A stretch of 62,102 bases of DNA, filler included, from Chiloscyllium plagiosum (Eukaryota): NCBI RefSeq assembly GCF_004010195.1. It is 4 parts of one record of this genome, joined end to end, with 100 filler letters (N's around TTAATTAATTAA, not from the genome) between each part and the next. Parts side by side here need not be neighbours in the genome. Positions count along the whole stretch, not along the records: positions 50,083 to 57,789 come from NC_057716.1; positions 57,890 to 62,102 come from NC_057716.1; 2 more parts are not named here. One strand, given 5' to 3'. Position 1 is the first letter of the stretch. Each line of letters opens with the position of its first letter. A program made the position numbers and the translations under genes. Below, in pieces: positions 51,125-62,102 of the stretch. The notes beneath the pieces are model-generated. The model did no database searches. It was not told the DNA's origin and saw only the letters and a list, made by a program, of their open reading frames with translations.

Positions 51125-52005
51125 AATGACACCTTTGTAATCATTAAAAACACAGAAATAGAGAAAACACACCGGATCATCAACGCCACACTCACAGGAA
51201 TCCGATTCACGAGAGAGGAAGAAAAGGACAACCAANNNNNNNNNNNNNNNNNNNNNNNNNNNNNNNNNNNNNNNNNNNNNNNNNNNNNNNNNNNNNNNNN
51301 NNNNNNNNNNNNNNNNNNNNNNNNNNNNNNNNNNNNNNNNNNNNNNNNNNNNNNNNNNNNNNNNNNNNNNNNNNNNNNNNNNNNNNNNNNNNNNNNNNNN
51401 NNNNNNNNNNNNNNNNNNNNNNNNNNNNNNNNNNNNNNNNNNNNNNNNNNNNNNNNNNNNNNNNNNNNNNNNNNNNNNNNNNNNNNNNNNNNNNNNNNNN
51501 NNNNNNNNNNNNNNNNNNNNNNNNNNNNNNNNNNNNNNNNNNNNNNNNNNNNNNNNNNNNNNNNNNNNNNNNNNNNNNNNNNNNNNNNNNNNNNNNNNNN
51601 NNNNNNNNNNNNNNNNNNNNNNNNNNNNNNNNNNNNNNNNNNNNNNNNNNNNNNNNNNNNNNNNNNNNNNNNNNNNNNNNNNNNNNNNNNNNNNNNNNNN
51701 NNNNNNNNNNNNNNNNNNNNNNNNNNNNNNNNNNNNNNNNNNNNNNNNNNNNNNNNNNNNNNNNNNNNNNNNNNNNNNNNNNNNNNNNCCACTACAGCGG
51801 ATAGCTGAAACTGACAACCGGAAGCGGCAGGTTCAGGCCACTATAAATGCCGGAGGAAACACCACAGAAGCGCTTCACAGGAGGCTCCCAAGCACTGAGG
51901 ATGTCACCTAGACAGGGGACGAAACGTTTGCAACAAACATTCCCAGCTCGGCGAACAGAACCACAACAACAAGCACCCGAGCTACAAATCTTCTCACAAA
52001 CTTTG
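51125..52005 (+). mobile_element. Penelope-like element (family C, Poseidon-like), 5'-truncated, spanning a gap, with a hammerhead motif at 51892-51931
   Basis: (N)DTFVIIKNTEIEKTHRIINATLTGIRFTREEEKDNQ before the gap; GCA-CTGAGGA-stem-GAAA-CG-TT-TGC after it. Confidence 0.7.
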
Positions 52006-52009
52006 AGGT

Positions 52010-53800
52010 TATATACATGGATAAAATGAAAAAGATAGGCTAAAGTAAACACTGGTCCTTTAGGGGATGAGAAGGGCATTTAGTTCAGCGATTTGATGAA
52101 TTGGCCAAGGTATTGAATGGGTATTTTGTATCAGCCTTCACAGTGGAGGACACTAATACCATGCCAGTAATTGACAAAGAGATGAAGGTTGGTGAGGACC
52201 TGGAAACAGTCATTATTACGGAAGAGCTAGTGTTGGATAAGTCTCCTGGCCCTGATGGAATGCATCCCAGGGTACTAACAGATATGGCGGGAGAAATAAC
52301 AGGTGGACTTGCGGTAATTTTCCAAAGTTCGCTGGATTCTGGGGCAGTCCCAACAGATTGGAAAACAGCAAATGTGACGGCACTGTTTAAAAAGGGAAGT
52401 AGACAAAGGATGGGGAATTATAGACCAGTTAGTTTAACCTCTGTAGTGGCGAAGATGCTTGAGTCTATTATCGAGGGAGAAATAGCAAAGCATCTCAACA
52501 GAAATTGTCCCATTGGGCAGATGCAGCATGGGTCCACAAAGCGCAGGTCATACGTGACAAATCTGTCGGAATTCTATGAAAACATTTCAAGCAAGGTGAA
52601 CAATGGGGACCCAGTGGATGTGGTGTACCGAGATTTCCTCAAAAACTTTGACCAGGTGCCACACAAGAGGCTGCTGTTTAAGATAAGGATGTATAGTGTT
52701 AGGGGTAGAGAATTAGTGTGGATAGAGGATTGGTTGACTAACAGGAAGCAAAGAATGGGACAAATGAGTGCTTTTCTGGTTGGCAATCAGTGACTAGTGG
52801 TGTTAGGGATCGGTGTTAGGACTGCAATTATTTACAATTTATATCGATGATTTGGAATGGGGGACCATGTGTTTGGTGTCAAAGTTTGCAGATGACACTA
52901 AGACGAATGGCAGAGCAAAGTGTGCAGAGGAGTGTGAAACTTTGCAGAGGGACACAGATACATTGAGTGAGTGGACAAAGATCTGGCAGATGGAATACAG
53001 TGTTAGTAAATGTGAAGTCATACATTCTGGTAGGAGTAACAGAAAAAGGATTATTACTTGAATAGTAAAAAGTTGCAGCATGCTGCTATGCAGAGGGACC
53101 TAGGTGCACGAATCACAGAGGGTTGGTCTGCAGCTACAACAGGTAATTAGGAAGGCAAATGGAAATTGCTAAAGGGATTGAGTTTAAAATCAGGGAGGTA
53201 ATGTTACAGCTGTACAAGGTGTTGGTGAGGCCACACCTGGAGTATTGTGTGCAGTTTTGGTCTCCTTACTTGAGAAAGGATGTACTGGCACTGGAGGGGC
53301 TGCAGAGGAGGGTCACTGGGTTGATTCCAGAGTTGAGAGGGTTGGTTTATGAGGAGAGACTGAGTAGACCGGGATTATATTCATTGGAATTTAGAGAATG
53401 AGGGAGGATCTTATTGAAACATATAAAATTATGAAGGGAATGGGTAAGATAGAAACAGGGAGATTGTTTCCACTGGCGGGTGAGACTAGGACAAGAGGGC
53501 AGGGCCTCCAGAATAGAGGGATCAGGTTTAGGACTGAATTGAGAAGGAACGTCTTCACCCAGAGGGTTGTAAATCTATGGAATTCCTTACCCAGTGGAGT
53601 CATTGACGCTACTCCAGTGAATGTTTTTAAAGCTAAGGTAGATATTCTTTTGAACAGTAAAGGAATTAAGGGTTGCAGTGAGTGTGCGGGTAGGTGGGTC
53701 TGAGTCCTTGAAAGATCACCCATGATCTTATTGAATGGGGGGGGGGGGGGTGGGTGGCAGGCTCAAAGGGCCAAATGGCCTCTTCCTGCTCCCAGTCCTT
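52010..53800 (+). mobile_element. CR1 LINE ORF2 3' ~1.8 kb
   Basis: DKSPGPDGMHPRVL, NYRPVSLTS, SKFADDTK, LVRPHLEYCVQFWSP, FTQRVVNLWNSLP. Confidence 0.93.
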
Positions 53801-54509
53801 TTCAGCTATCTCCTCCTGATCCAGGTGATTTATCCACTTACAAACCTTTCCATTTAGCCATTGTACTCATCTTTGCTCCCCTCCCCTCCGGCTGATTCGT
53901 TTGAATTTTTGAGGTTTTACTTGTGTCTTTCACCATGAAGTCTGATGTAAAGTATTTAACGTGTTCTTCAGCCATTTCTTTGTTCCTGATTACTATTCCT
54001 CCAGCATCATTTTCCAATGGCCCAGTATCCACTCTTATTTCTCTTTTGCCCTTTATATATCTAAAGAAACTTTTGCAATCATTCCTAATATCACCAACTG
54101 ACTTCCCCTCATATGTAATCTTCTCCCTCCTTATTTCTTTCCTCATTGTCCTCAGTTAGTCTTTGCAAACTTCCGGCTTCCCACTGCCTTTCCGATGAAT
54201 ATTTGGTAAAAAGCAATTTATGCAAGAAACCATAAATTCATAATTGAAATTGGAAAGAAACAAACATACCTCGTGTGTGCAGCACCTCCTTTTACAGCCC
54301 TTTGTAAAAGGGAGATGCTGTATGACTCCTGATGTACATTACCCCCAATACAAATGGCAGCTTCAATCCAGGCAATTCCCTGTTTTAGACCCCACTGACT
54401 TTTCCTTTTCTGCTTCAAACCAGGGCCTCAAACTTCTCATTCCGGATGGGAGGATTTTCCAGTGTTTACAAAAGTTTCCAATCCATTCTAACTCCACTCC
54501 TCTGATACA

Positions 54510-54728
54510 GGGAGAAAGTGAGGACTGCAGATGCTGGAGATCAGAGTCAAGAGAGTGGTGCTGGAAAAGCACAGCAGGTCAGGCAACATCCAAGGAGCAG
54601 GAAAATCAATGTTTCGCGTATAAGCCCCACATCATGAATCCTGACAAAGGGCCTATGCACAATACATCGACTCTCCTGTTCCTGAGATGCTGCCTGACCG
54701 GCTGTGCTTTTCCAGCAACACATCCTCT
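54510..54728. mobile_element. Older family-A PLE hairpin with a 13-bp TSD
   Basis: CTCCTCTGATACA at 54497-54509 and 54729-54741. Confidence 0.82.
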
Positions 54729-54959
54729 CTCCTCTGATACATTTGGCTTTTTATGACTGCATTCTGCCACAGTTAGTCTCTCAAATACAACCACACCACG
54801 CCAACACATGAAAAGAAATTGCGTCTCATGTGTCCGGCCCCTCATTCAATCCGATTGGATGGGGGACATCCCAATGATCAGTTGCTGCCTTAAACTGTGT
54901 TAAAGATGGTTAAATGCAGGATAGTGTCAGTTACTGTACACAGAATCTGTATACATGTT

Positions 54960-55330
54960 CTGTGTTTCTGTGTTTGCGTGTGTGTGTGTGTCAATGCCTC
55001 AGTATGTATATGTGTTCATCAGGGTGGCTGTGTGCATGGATGTTTCTGTGTGTTTACTTGTGTGTGCTTGCCTGTGTGAATGTACATTGCCGAGTGTGTC
55101 AGTGTCTCTGCATGTGTACGTTTCTGTGTCTGTGTGTGTGCGTGTGTGTGCGTGTCTGTGTGTGTGCGTGTCTGTGTGTGTGCGTGTCTGTGTGTGTGCG
55201 TGTCTGTTTATTGTTTGTCTTTGTCTGTGTGTTTCTGTCTTTGTAACGTGTGCATAAATGTTTATCTCTGTACCTGTGTGTCTATCTTTGTTGAACTATC
55301 TCTGTGTGTTTGTAGCTCTCTGTGTGAGCT
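54960..55330. repeat. Degenerate TG-rich simple repeat
   Basis: Read directly. Confidence 0.85.
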
Positions 55331-55569
55331 AGTGTATCTGAATGTGGGTATTAGTTTATGTCTGTATGTCTGCTCTGTCTATGGGCAGTGGGCTCTTTGT
55401 AATGGGGCTAAATCCATTCAAATGGGGTGATTCCCCTTCCACTTTCTCTTGTGTTTAAAGTGATACAGTGGTAATGCCAGTGTGTGTTTCCATGTGTTTG
55501 TGTCTTTGTGTCTATCTCTGGCTGCAATGGGACTCACTGGAGGGAAGTTTGAACAAAGGAACTTAAACA

Positions 55570-55940
55570 GCATCCCTAAGGAGGTGGGTCTAGAAATCGT
55601 GGACACATTGGTAATCATTTTCCAATGTTCTATCGATTCAGGATCAGTTTCTATAGATTGGAGGGTGGCTAATGTTATCCCACTTTCCAAGCAGGGAGGG
55701 AGAGGGAAAACAGGAAATTATAGACCAGTTAGCCTGATGTCAGTGGTGGGAAAGATGCTGGAGTCTATTATAAAACATGAAATTAGGACACATCTGGATA
55801 GTAGTAACAGGATAGGTCAGAGTCAGCATGGATTTATGAAGGGGAAATCATGCTTGACTAATCTTCTTGAATTTTTTGAGGATGTAACTCTGAAGATGGA
55901 CAAGGGAGATCCAGTGGATGTAGTGTACCTGGACTTTCAG
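55570..55940 (+). mobile_element. CR1 RT fragment
   Basis: DWRVANV.PL.K.G...GNYRPVSL, QHGFMKGKSCLTNLLEFF, YLDF. Confidence 0.9.
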
Positions 55941-55949
55941 CAACTCGAT

Positions 55950-57789
55950 GGGCGGGAGCTTGCACCAGGGGCCTGCCGTGAGCGGTGAGTCACTGATTGG
56001 TGCTTTTATATTTGAAGTCAGAGAGCAGAGGTTTCTGGGAAAGGAGGGACTTCTTATTTTTATTTCCGTCCTGCTATATAAGTCAGTGTTTTCTCAACCT
56101 GAGACCCTACCATTGTTGGGCCTCCCACCCAACCGCCTCCTCGAACCTTATAGACCAGGAACTTATCAGGTAAGAGTCTCTTTTTTACTTTGTGACTAGG
56201 GGACTAGCAGAGATGGCAGTGCAGGGAGAGCAATGTTCCTCCTGCAGGATGTTTGAGGTCAGGGACACCAGGGAGGCAGAAGCTGTGATAGATAGGAGTT
56301 ACAGGGAAGTAGTTACTTCGAGGCATGAAGAAAGCTGTGTGACTGTTTGAAGGGAGAAAACAGTCAGTGGAGGGATCTCCTGTGGTCATTCCCCTGAAAA
56401 ACATGTATACCGTTTTGGATACTGTTGGGGGGGGGGACGACTTACCAGGGGTGTACAGTGGGGCCCAGGTCTCTGGCACAGAGCCTGTCCCTGTTGCACA
56501 GAAGGGAAGGAGAGAAAGGAGGAGAGTGTTAGTCATTGGGGACTCAATAGTTAGAGGCTCAGATAGAAGGTTTATTGGGAACGAACGAGACTCGCGGTTG
56601 GTGTGTTGCCTCCCAGGTGCCAGAGTCCATGATGTCTCGGATCGTATCTTTGGGGTCCTGAAGGGAGAGGGTGACCAGATTCAAGTCTTTGTCCATGTAG
56701 GTACCAACGACATAGGTAGAGAGAGGGATAGGGATGTAAGGCAGGGTTTCAGGGAGCTAGGGTGGAAGCTGAGAGCTAGAACAAACAGAGTTGTTATCTC
56801 TGGATTGTTACCTGTGCCACGTGATAGCGAGGCAAGGAATAGGGAGAGATATCAACTGAACACATGGCTGCAAGGATGGTACAGGAGGGAGGGTTTCAGG
56901 TTCTTGGATAATTGGGGCTCATTCTGAGGAAGGTGGGACTTATACAAACAGGACAGTCTTCACTTGAACCAGAGGGGTACTAATATCCTGGGTGGGAAAT
57001 TTGCTGGTGCTATTCAGATGGGTTTAAACTAGCTCAGCAGGGGGAAGGGAACCGGAGGTGTAGTTGCAGTGCACAGGGGGATGAGAGTAGGGAGGACAGG
57101 GACAGGATTTCGCGGTCACAGGAATGTGCTGGCAGACGGCGAAGTGGTTTGAATTGTGTCTACTTCAACGCCAGAAGTGGGTGGCACGGTGGCACAGTGG
57201 TTAGCACTGCTGCCTCACAGCGCCTGAGACCCAGGTTCAATTCCCGCCTCAGGCGACTGACTGTGTGGAGTTTGCACATTCTCCCCGTGTCTGCGTGGGT
57301 TTCCTCCAGGTGCTCCAGTTTCCTCCCACAGTCCAAAGATGTGCAGGTCAGGTGAATTGGCCATGCTAAATTGCCCGTAGTGTTAGGTAAGGGGTAAATG
57401 TAGGGATATGGGTGGGTTGCACTTCGGCGGGTCGGTGTGTACTTGATGGGCCGAAGGGCCTGTTTCCACACTGTAATGTAATCTAATCTAATCTAACCTA
57501 AGTGTCCGAAATAAGGTAGGTGAGCTTGCAGCATGGGTAGGTACCTGGGACTTTGATGTTGTGGCCATTTCAGAGACATGGATAGAGCAGGGTGAGGAAT
57601 GGGTGTTGCAGGTTCCAGGTTTCAGATCTTTCATTAAGAACAGGCAAGGTGGTAAAAGAGGGGGAGGTGTGGCCTTGATAGTCAAGGACAGTATAACGGT
57701 GGCTGAGAGAACTTTTGATGAGGACTTGTCTACTGAGGTAGTGTGGGCTGAGTTTAGAAACAGGAGAGGAGAGGTCACACTGCTTGGAG
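55950..57789 (+). mobile_element. CR1 LINE 5' end: UTR, ORF1 esterase and ORF2 endonuclease start
   Basis: VIGDSIVRG, VCCLPGARV, VHVGTND, VISGLLPVP; CVYFNARS, AISETW, RGGGVAL. Confidence 0.9.
57180..57499 (+). mobile_element. Full-length young HE1-type SINE inserted in the CR1 endonuclease
   Basis: AAGTG duplicated on both sides; (TAATC)n tail. Confidence 0.95.
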
Positions 57790-57889
57790 NNNNNNNNNNN
57801 NNNNNNNNNNNNNNNNNNNNNNNNNNNNNNNNNTTAATTAATTAANNNNNNNNNNNNNNNNNNNNNNNNNNNNNNNNNNNNNNNNNNNN
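57790..57889. other. Artificial scaffold-join spacer N44-TTAATTAATTAA-N44
   Basis: Same 100-nt pattern. Confidence 0.95.
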
Positions 57890-58660
57890 CTGCTTTGCTG
57901 AAGAAGAACACAACGTTTTGGTGGACAGAAAAATGCCAGGAGGCAATCGACAATTTTAAAATAATGTTAAGCATCAAAACAGTTTGAGCTACACCAAACC
58001 TTTCAGAACCTTTAAAAGTCGGCATCGATACTACTGACATAGGAGTTGGAGTTGTTCCCGGACAGGAAGAAGTGGAATGGGATTGAACAGCTGGTTGGAA
58101 AATTCTCGACGAATATCAACATCCAACAGAGGACATACTACACGAACAAAAACAAAGACTATTGTTCTTGGCATTGGCCTGACCACATTTTAGTATGTAT
58201 ATCACGGACAATGTGTTGGAGACGGTTCTGTGCACGTATCACAATCCGCTCACATTCATAGAACGCGTTGAAGGCAAGAATATGAGACTATTTCGTTGGA
58301 GCTTACGTGACAGACTTCTAATTTAAATTTCGTACACGTTGTGGGTCGTAATGCTTTAATTGCCGATGCCTTATCGTGGGTTTAACTGATAAAGTTTAGG
58401 TGACGTCTGGATTTACTTTCTGCTATAAGGTCTCTACAGTTATACGGGAAGAAGTTAAGATGAACGAAGATTGATTTATTTGTTAGTTAGGGTGATGTGT
58501 TTAAAGAAAACCATAGAATAAAGCCATCGTTTAATTATGCTTGTTTTTTTTTTGAAGACGGGAGGTGTTATGAAGAGGTAAAGAGTACTGTAGCTTTAAG
58601 ACAGTTTAAAGCTAGCAGAACTACCTGACAGCATCAAGCGTTCTGAACTGCCACTTAATC
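57890..58660 (+). mobile_element. Degenerate Gypsy-type pol (RT connection/RNase H) followed by a probable PPT and LTR start
   Basis: LLKKNTTFWWTEKCQEAIDN.K..L...V*ATPN.SEPLKVGIDTTDIGVG; N..IADALS at ~58350; GAAGACGGGAGG|TGTTATG at ~58554-58572. Confidence 0.7.
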
Positions 58661-59869
58661 CAATTGAATCGAATTGGTGCAGAATGTGGATTATATTCAT
58701 TACTCATTTTCTCTTTCCTGCATTTCAAGCCTCTGCTTCCAAATAATCTTTGGAAAACAAAATTGTCGTTACAACGGCATCTTAAATTGCATGCATCTAT
58801 CACATCTCTTAAAGCCTCTCGACAACATAACTTTGTCATTAAAATACTTGATTCCTCAAACTATTCGAAAATTCCCACCCTGAACTGAGGGTGATGGATT
58901 TTGGAACGTCCTTTAACATGTGGATGTTTGGCACTCAAACGAAGAGATGTATTTGTTTCTTCTGAATGTCTTTCAACATATTTATTTTATCATCTCATTT
59001 TTCAACGAAGTGGAAGACATGAAAACTGAAGGGTTTCTCTGATTCCATTTCTGTTCTATCTTTTTAGCTACAAGGTCCGTCAGGAGAGCATGCATTGAAG
59101 TATGATGTCATTTTTTTCAGAGGTGAATATCATTGAGCATTCATCTATAATTCGATACCTAACCTGCTTTGTTGTGGTTCATTGGTCAGGTCCTCTTGTG
59201 ATTGCTTCACAGTGGATGTTGGTCCACGATCATGCATAGCTCTGCTCCCGGTCTTTGCCATTGTCCAACCTGTTTTATTTTTAATAATGAGTATTTTAAC
59301 TCTGTGAGATAGTTTGTTGTTATTTCTTCATGTTTGAAAGACGGTTTCACCACTGCAGGTCCCTCAGCTCTGTGCTGCTAATTTATTCCACTCGTATACG
59401 TGGCCTCCTTCACAAGCATCACTCGGACTCTCCTAAGCTCTTGCTTACTTTCGTTTTTCGTGCTCCCTCTTATACTCCCTTTACTACTCTTACCCCAACC
59501 GTCCCCCGCCCCTTTCTCTCTCCCTTTCAATTCTGACAGTCTTTTGTAAGTCCTGATCCTTCCTTGATGGATTATTGTAAAAGAGTTACGAAGAACATGA
59601 AACAATACAGCAAAGCATCAGGCCGAAGATGTTGTGCTGACCATGACACCAAATTTAATTAATTCCTTCTGCATGCCCTTGTTCTATTTCGCTCCATTCC
59701 TTGTATCACAATGTGCTTATCTAAACCCCACTTAACAGGCAATATCGCGTCTGCCTCCACAACCACACCTGTCGGCATTCTCCAGAATCCTTACACTCTC
59801 TGTGCAAAAAAAACTGCCCCTCATAACTCCATAATCTTCAGACTGAACAACCCTCCCTACATATTTCAC

Positions 59870-61350
59870 TTTGACTGAATTCTGCAATCCTCCAGACATT
59901 CCAATCCTCCGTATCATTGTAGCCTCCTCCTTTCACTCACCCCTCCCAATCGCTGTCGCCTTCTGCAGTCACTCCAAATCTCTATCGCTGTCATCTTCCC
60001 CAATCAATCCAAATCTCCCTATTTCTCTCACCTCCTCCAGTCATTGCAGCCCACAATGTTTTTTCACCTCCTCCAGTCATTCCAAACCTCCCTCTTGCTG
60101 TCAACTCTTCAATTAATTCGAGCCCTAAATGTTTTTTCCTCCTCCAGTCACTCCAAAAATTCCTATCTCTGTCAACTCTTCCAGTCACACCAAGTTTCCC
60201 TATTGCTGCCACCTCCTCCAGGCATTCCAACCCTCCCTATTGCTGCACCCTCCTCCAGTCACTCCAGCCTTACCTGTCATTTTCACCTCCTCTCGTCACT
60301 CCAAACAGTCCTAACCCGGTAACCTCCTCCACTCACTCCAAACTTCCCAACCGTTGCCACACCTCCAGTCACTCCAACCCTACCTGTCATTCTACTTCCT
60401 CCAGTGATGGCAACGTCATAAGTAATGGAGTGAAAGCGTAAGCAGGCTACTGAGTTAGATAATTGGTTTTGATTGTATTAGACGGAGGGATAGGCTCGTG
60501 AGACTGAATGACATACACCTGCACCTCTACAAAATATTCTCTGTTTGCATGACTTCGTTCAGTCACTACTACCGTCTCTATCTGTGTTAAACCCACACGA
60601 CTTGCTCACAAAAGAAATTTCTCAGACCGCAGAATATTACTTATCTCTCCACCAGTACGTACAGCCCTCCAAATCTGTTTTATCCTCCAACCCAAAACCC
60701 TCCCGAACTTTATGACTTATTTTAGCTGCTGGAACCCTCCCCATCTCTGTAGCTCCTCCAGCGTCCATACCTTTGTGTACCCATCTAATCCCTACAGCCC
60801 CCTGCTTTTGTAGCCGTACCACACACACTGACAACTCTTCCCGAACTTTAACCTTAACTGTCACTGTTAACTTATCCTCCAAACCTCCCTGTTTGAATGA
60901 TCCTTTTTAGTTTATCAGCCTTTTCTGTGTCTGTAACCTATACTAGCTTCCGTAGCACTCCTTACATCTGTAAACTACTTCGTTCCTCACACCAGTCTCT
61001 GTGTCTGTACCAACCTCCAACCCTTATGTCTCTCCACATCTGTTAGGCCCAAAGCAGTCCCGACAGACTCTGTAGTCCACTCTCTTTCTAAACTCCTCAA
61101 GGTGGTGCAAGTCATCCTATAATCTGTAAACCTCTGAGTTGCAACGACATTCCACAATCTTGGTTTGCTCCTCCACTCTCTACAACATTGTCAGCTTCTC
61201 AACCACTCTCTCCCTGTGAAACTCTGTAACTTTCCCTCTGTGTTCCCTGTTTCTCACCAAAACATTTCTGTCTCTCTGTTAACTGATCCAACCCATCCAC
61301 ACCTCACGATCTCAGTAAACCCCTGCAGATCCTCGATCCTTCCATAGCTA
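59870..61350. repeat. Highly degenerate ~35-bp tandem array (CCTCCTCCAGTCACTCCAAACCTCCCTAT...)
   Basis: CTCCAGTCACTCCA recurs through 59960-60405 and decays rightwards. Confidence 0.7.
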
Positions 61351-62102
61351 CCTCAACCAATTGCAGCACGTGTTCCCCTCATTAAATCCAAAAGAATTGC
61401 AGTGGCTTGACGAAGTGCTCCTGCCCGATAAGTTGATCATGCTGCTCCACGGATGCTGCCTGGTCTGCTGTGCTTTTCCACGCATCTTGACACATTCAAT
61501 ATCGAGTAAAATAGTTCAGGAACATACATCCTCATTGTCTGTGTTACCTCTTCAGTCCCCCACAACTCCCCTATTTCTATAATCTCATTCAGCCCCGATA
61601 ATGCTGCCTTAGTGTACTTCCTAAATATGTACTCACTCCAGTCACTACAAGTCACTTAACTCTAACATCCACAAGATCCTAGTAACCCAAAGGTCCCTGT
61701 ATCTATTTTTAGTTTCCTTTTGTTCAGATATTCATGTTTCTATAACCATTTACTAGAAGCCTTTTATACATACCGAGCACTAACTCGAGTAACAATTTCC
61801 AACACCGACAAGCTACAATAACTTTCCTTTGCCTCTTCTGTTCCAGCAGCTCTGCCGGTAACTTCCAGTAACCTACTTCAGGGCCTGCAACTTCCCCAAG
61901 TTTCCATATAAATTGCTCCATCCTCTACGGTGCTTTTAATCACTGTAATACCTCTGTGCCCTCTTATTGTCCTCCTCTATTCTGCTGTCTTACAGTTAGA
62001 AAAGCGACCCTATGAGGCAGCAATGCGGAATTGGATGTTTTAACTGTCAGCTGAGGCTTGAGGGCGACCATAACCTGGGAGTCACAAAGGCAGAGAACTT
62101 GA

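Noticed and set aside
30110..51817. Long ORFs containing X runs (e.g. 34880-36430, 46459-47349)
   Set aside because: Their length comes from reading through N gaps
59163..59269. Open minus-strand frame WTMAKTGSRAMHDRGPTSTVKQSQEDLTNEPQQS between AG and GT
   Set aside because: Purine-rich acceptor, no recognisable homology, and it lies beyond two scaffold joins

Overview
Vertebrate genomic DNA, almost certainly from an elasmobranch, judged from the HE1-type V-SINEs and the CR1/Penelope repeat content (a bamboo shark-like source is an inference). Most of the window is retroelement debris: many CR1 LINE fragments, a second LINE family with a partner tRNA-SINE, eight HE1-type SINEs, one Rex1/Babar LINE, at least three Penelope-like (PLE) families with minimal hammerhead motifs, Gypsy/LTR remnants, and mini- and microsatellites. 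The only host-gene signal I can support is two consecutive minus-strand exons (44589-44713 and 307-451). They splice in frame across a ~44 kb intron and encode part of a divergent SPRYD3-like SPRY domain. The window has six ordinary N-gaps and three artificial N44-TTAATTAATTAA-N44 scaffold joins. The main leads are the divergent SPRYD3-like gene, a fragmented integrase plus possible env fossil at ~15000-22790, and TSD-flanked PLE-derived hairpins carrying hammerhead motifs. Family assignments come from motif recognition and memory, not searches, and most repeat boundaries are approximate.
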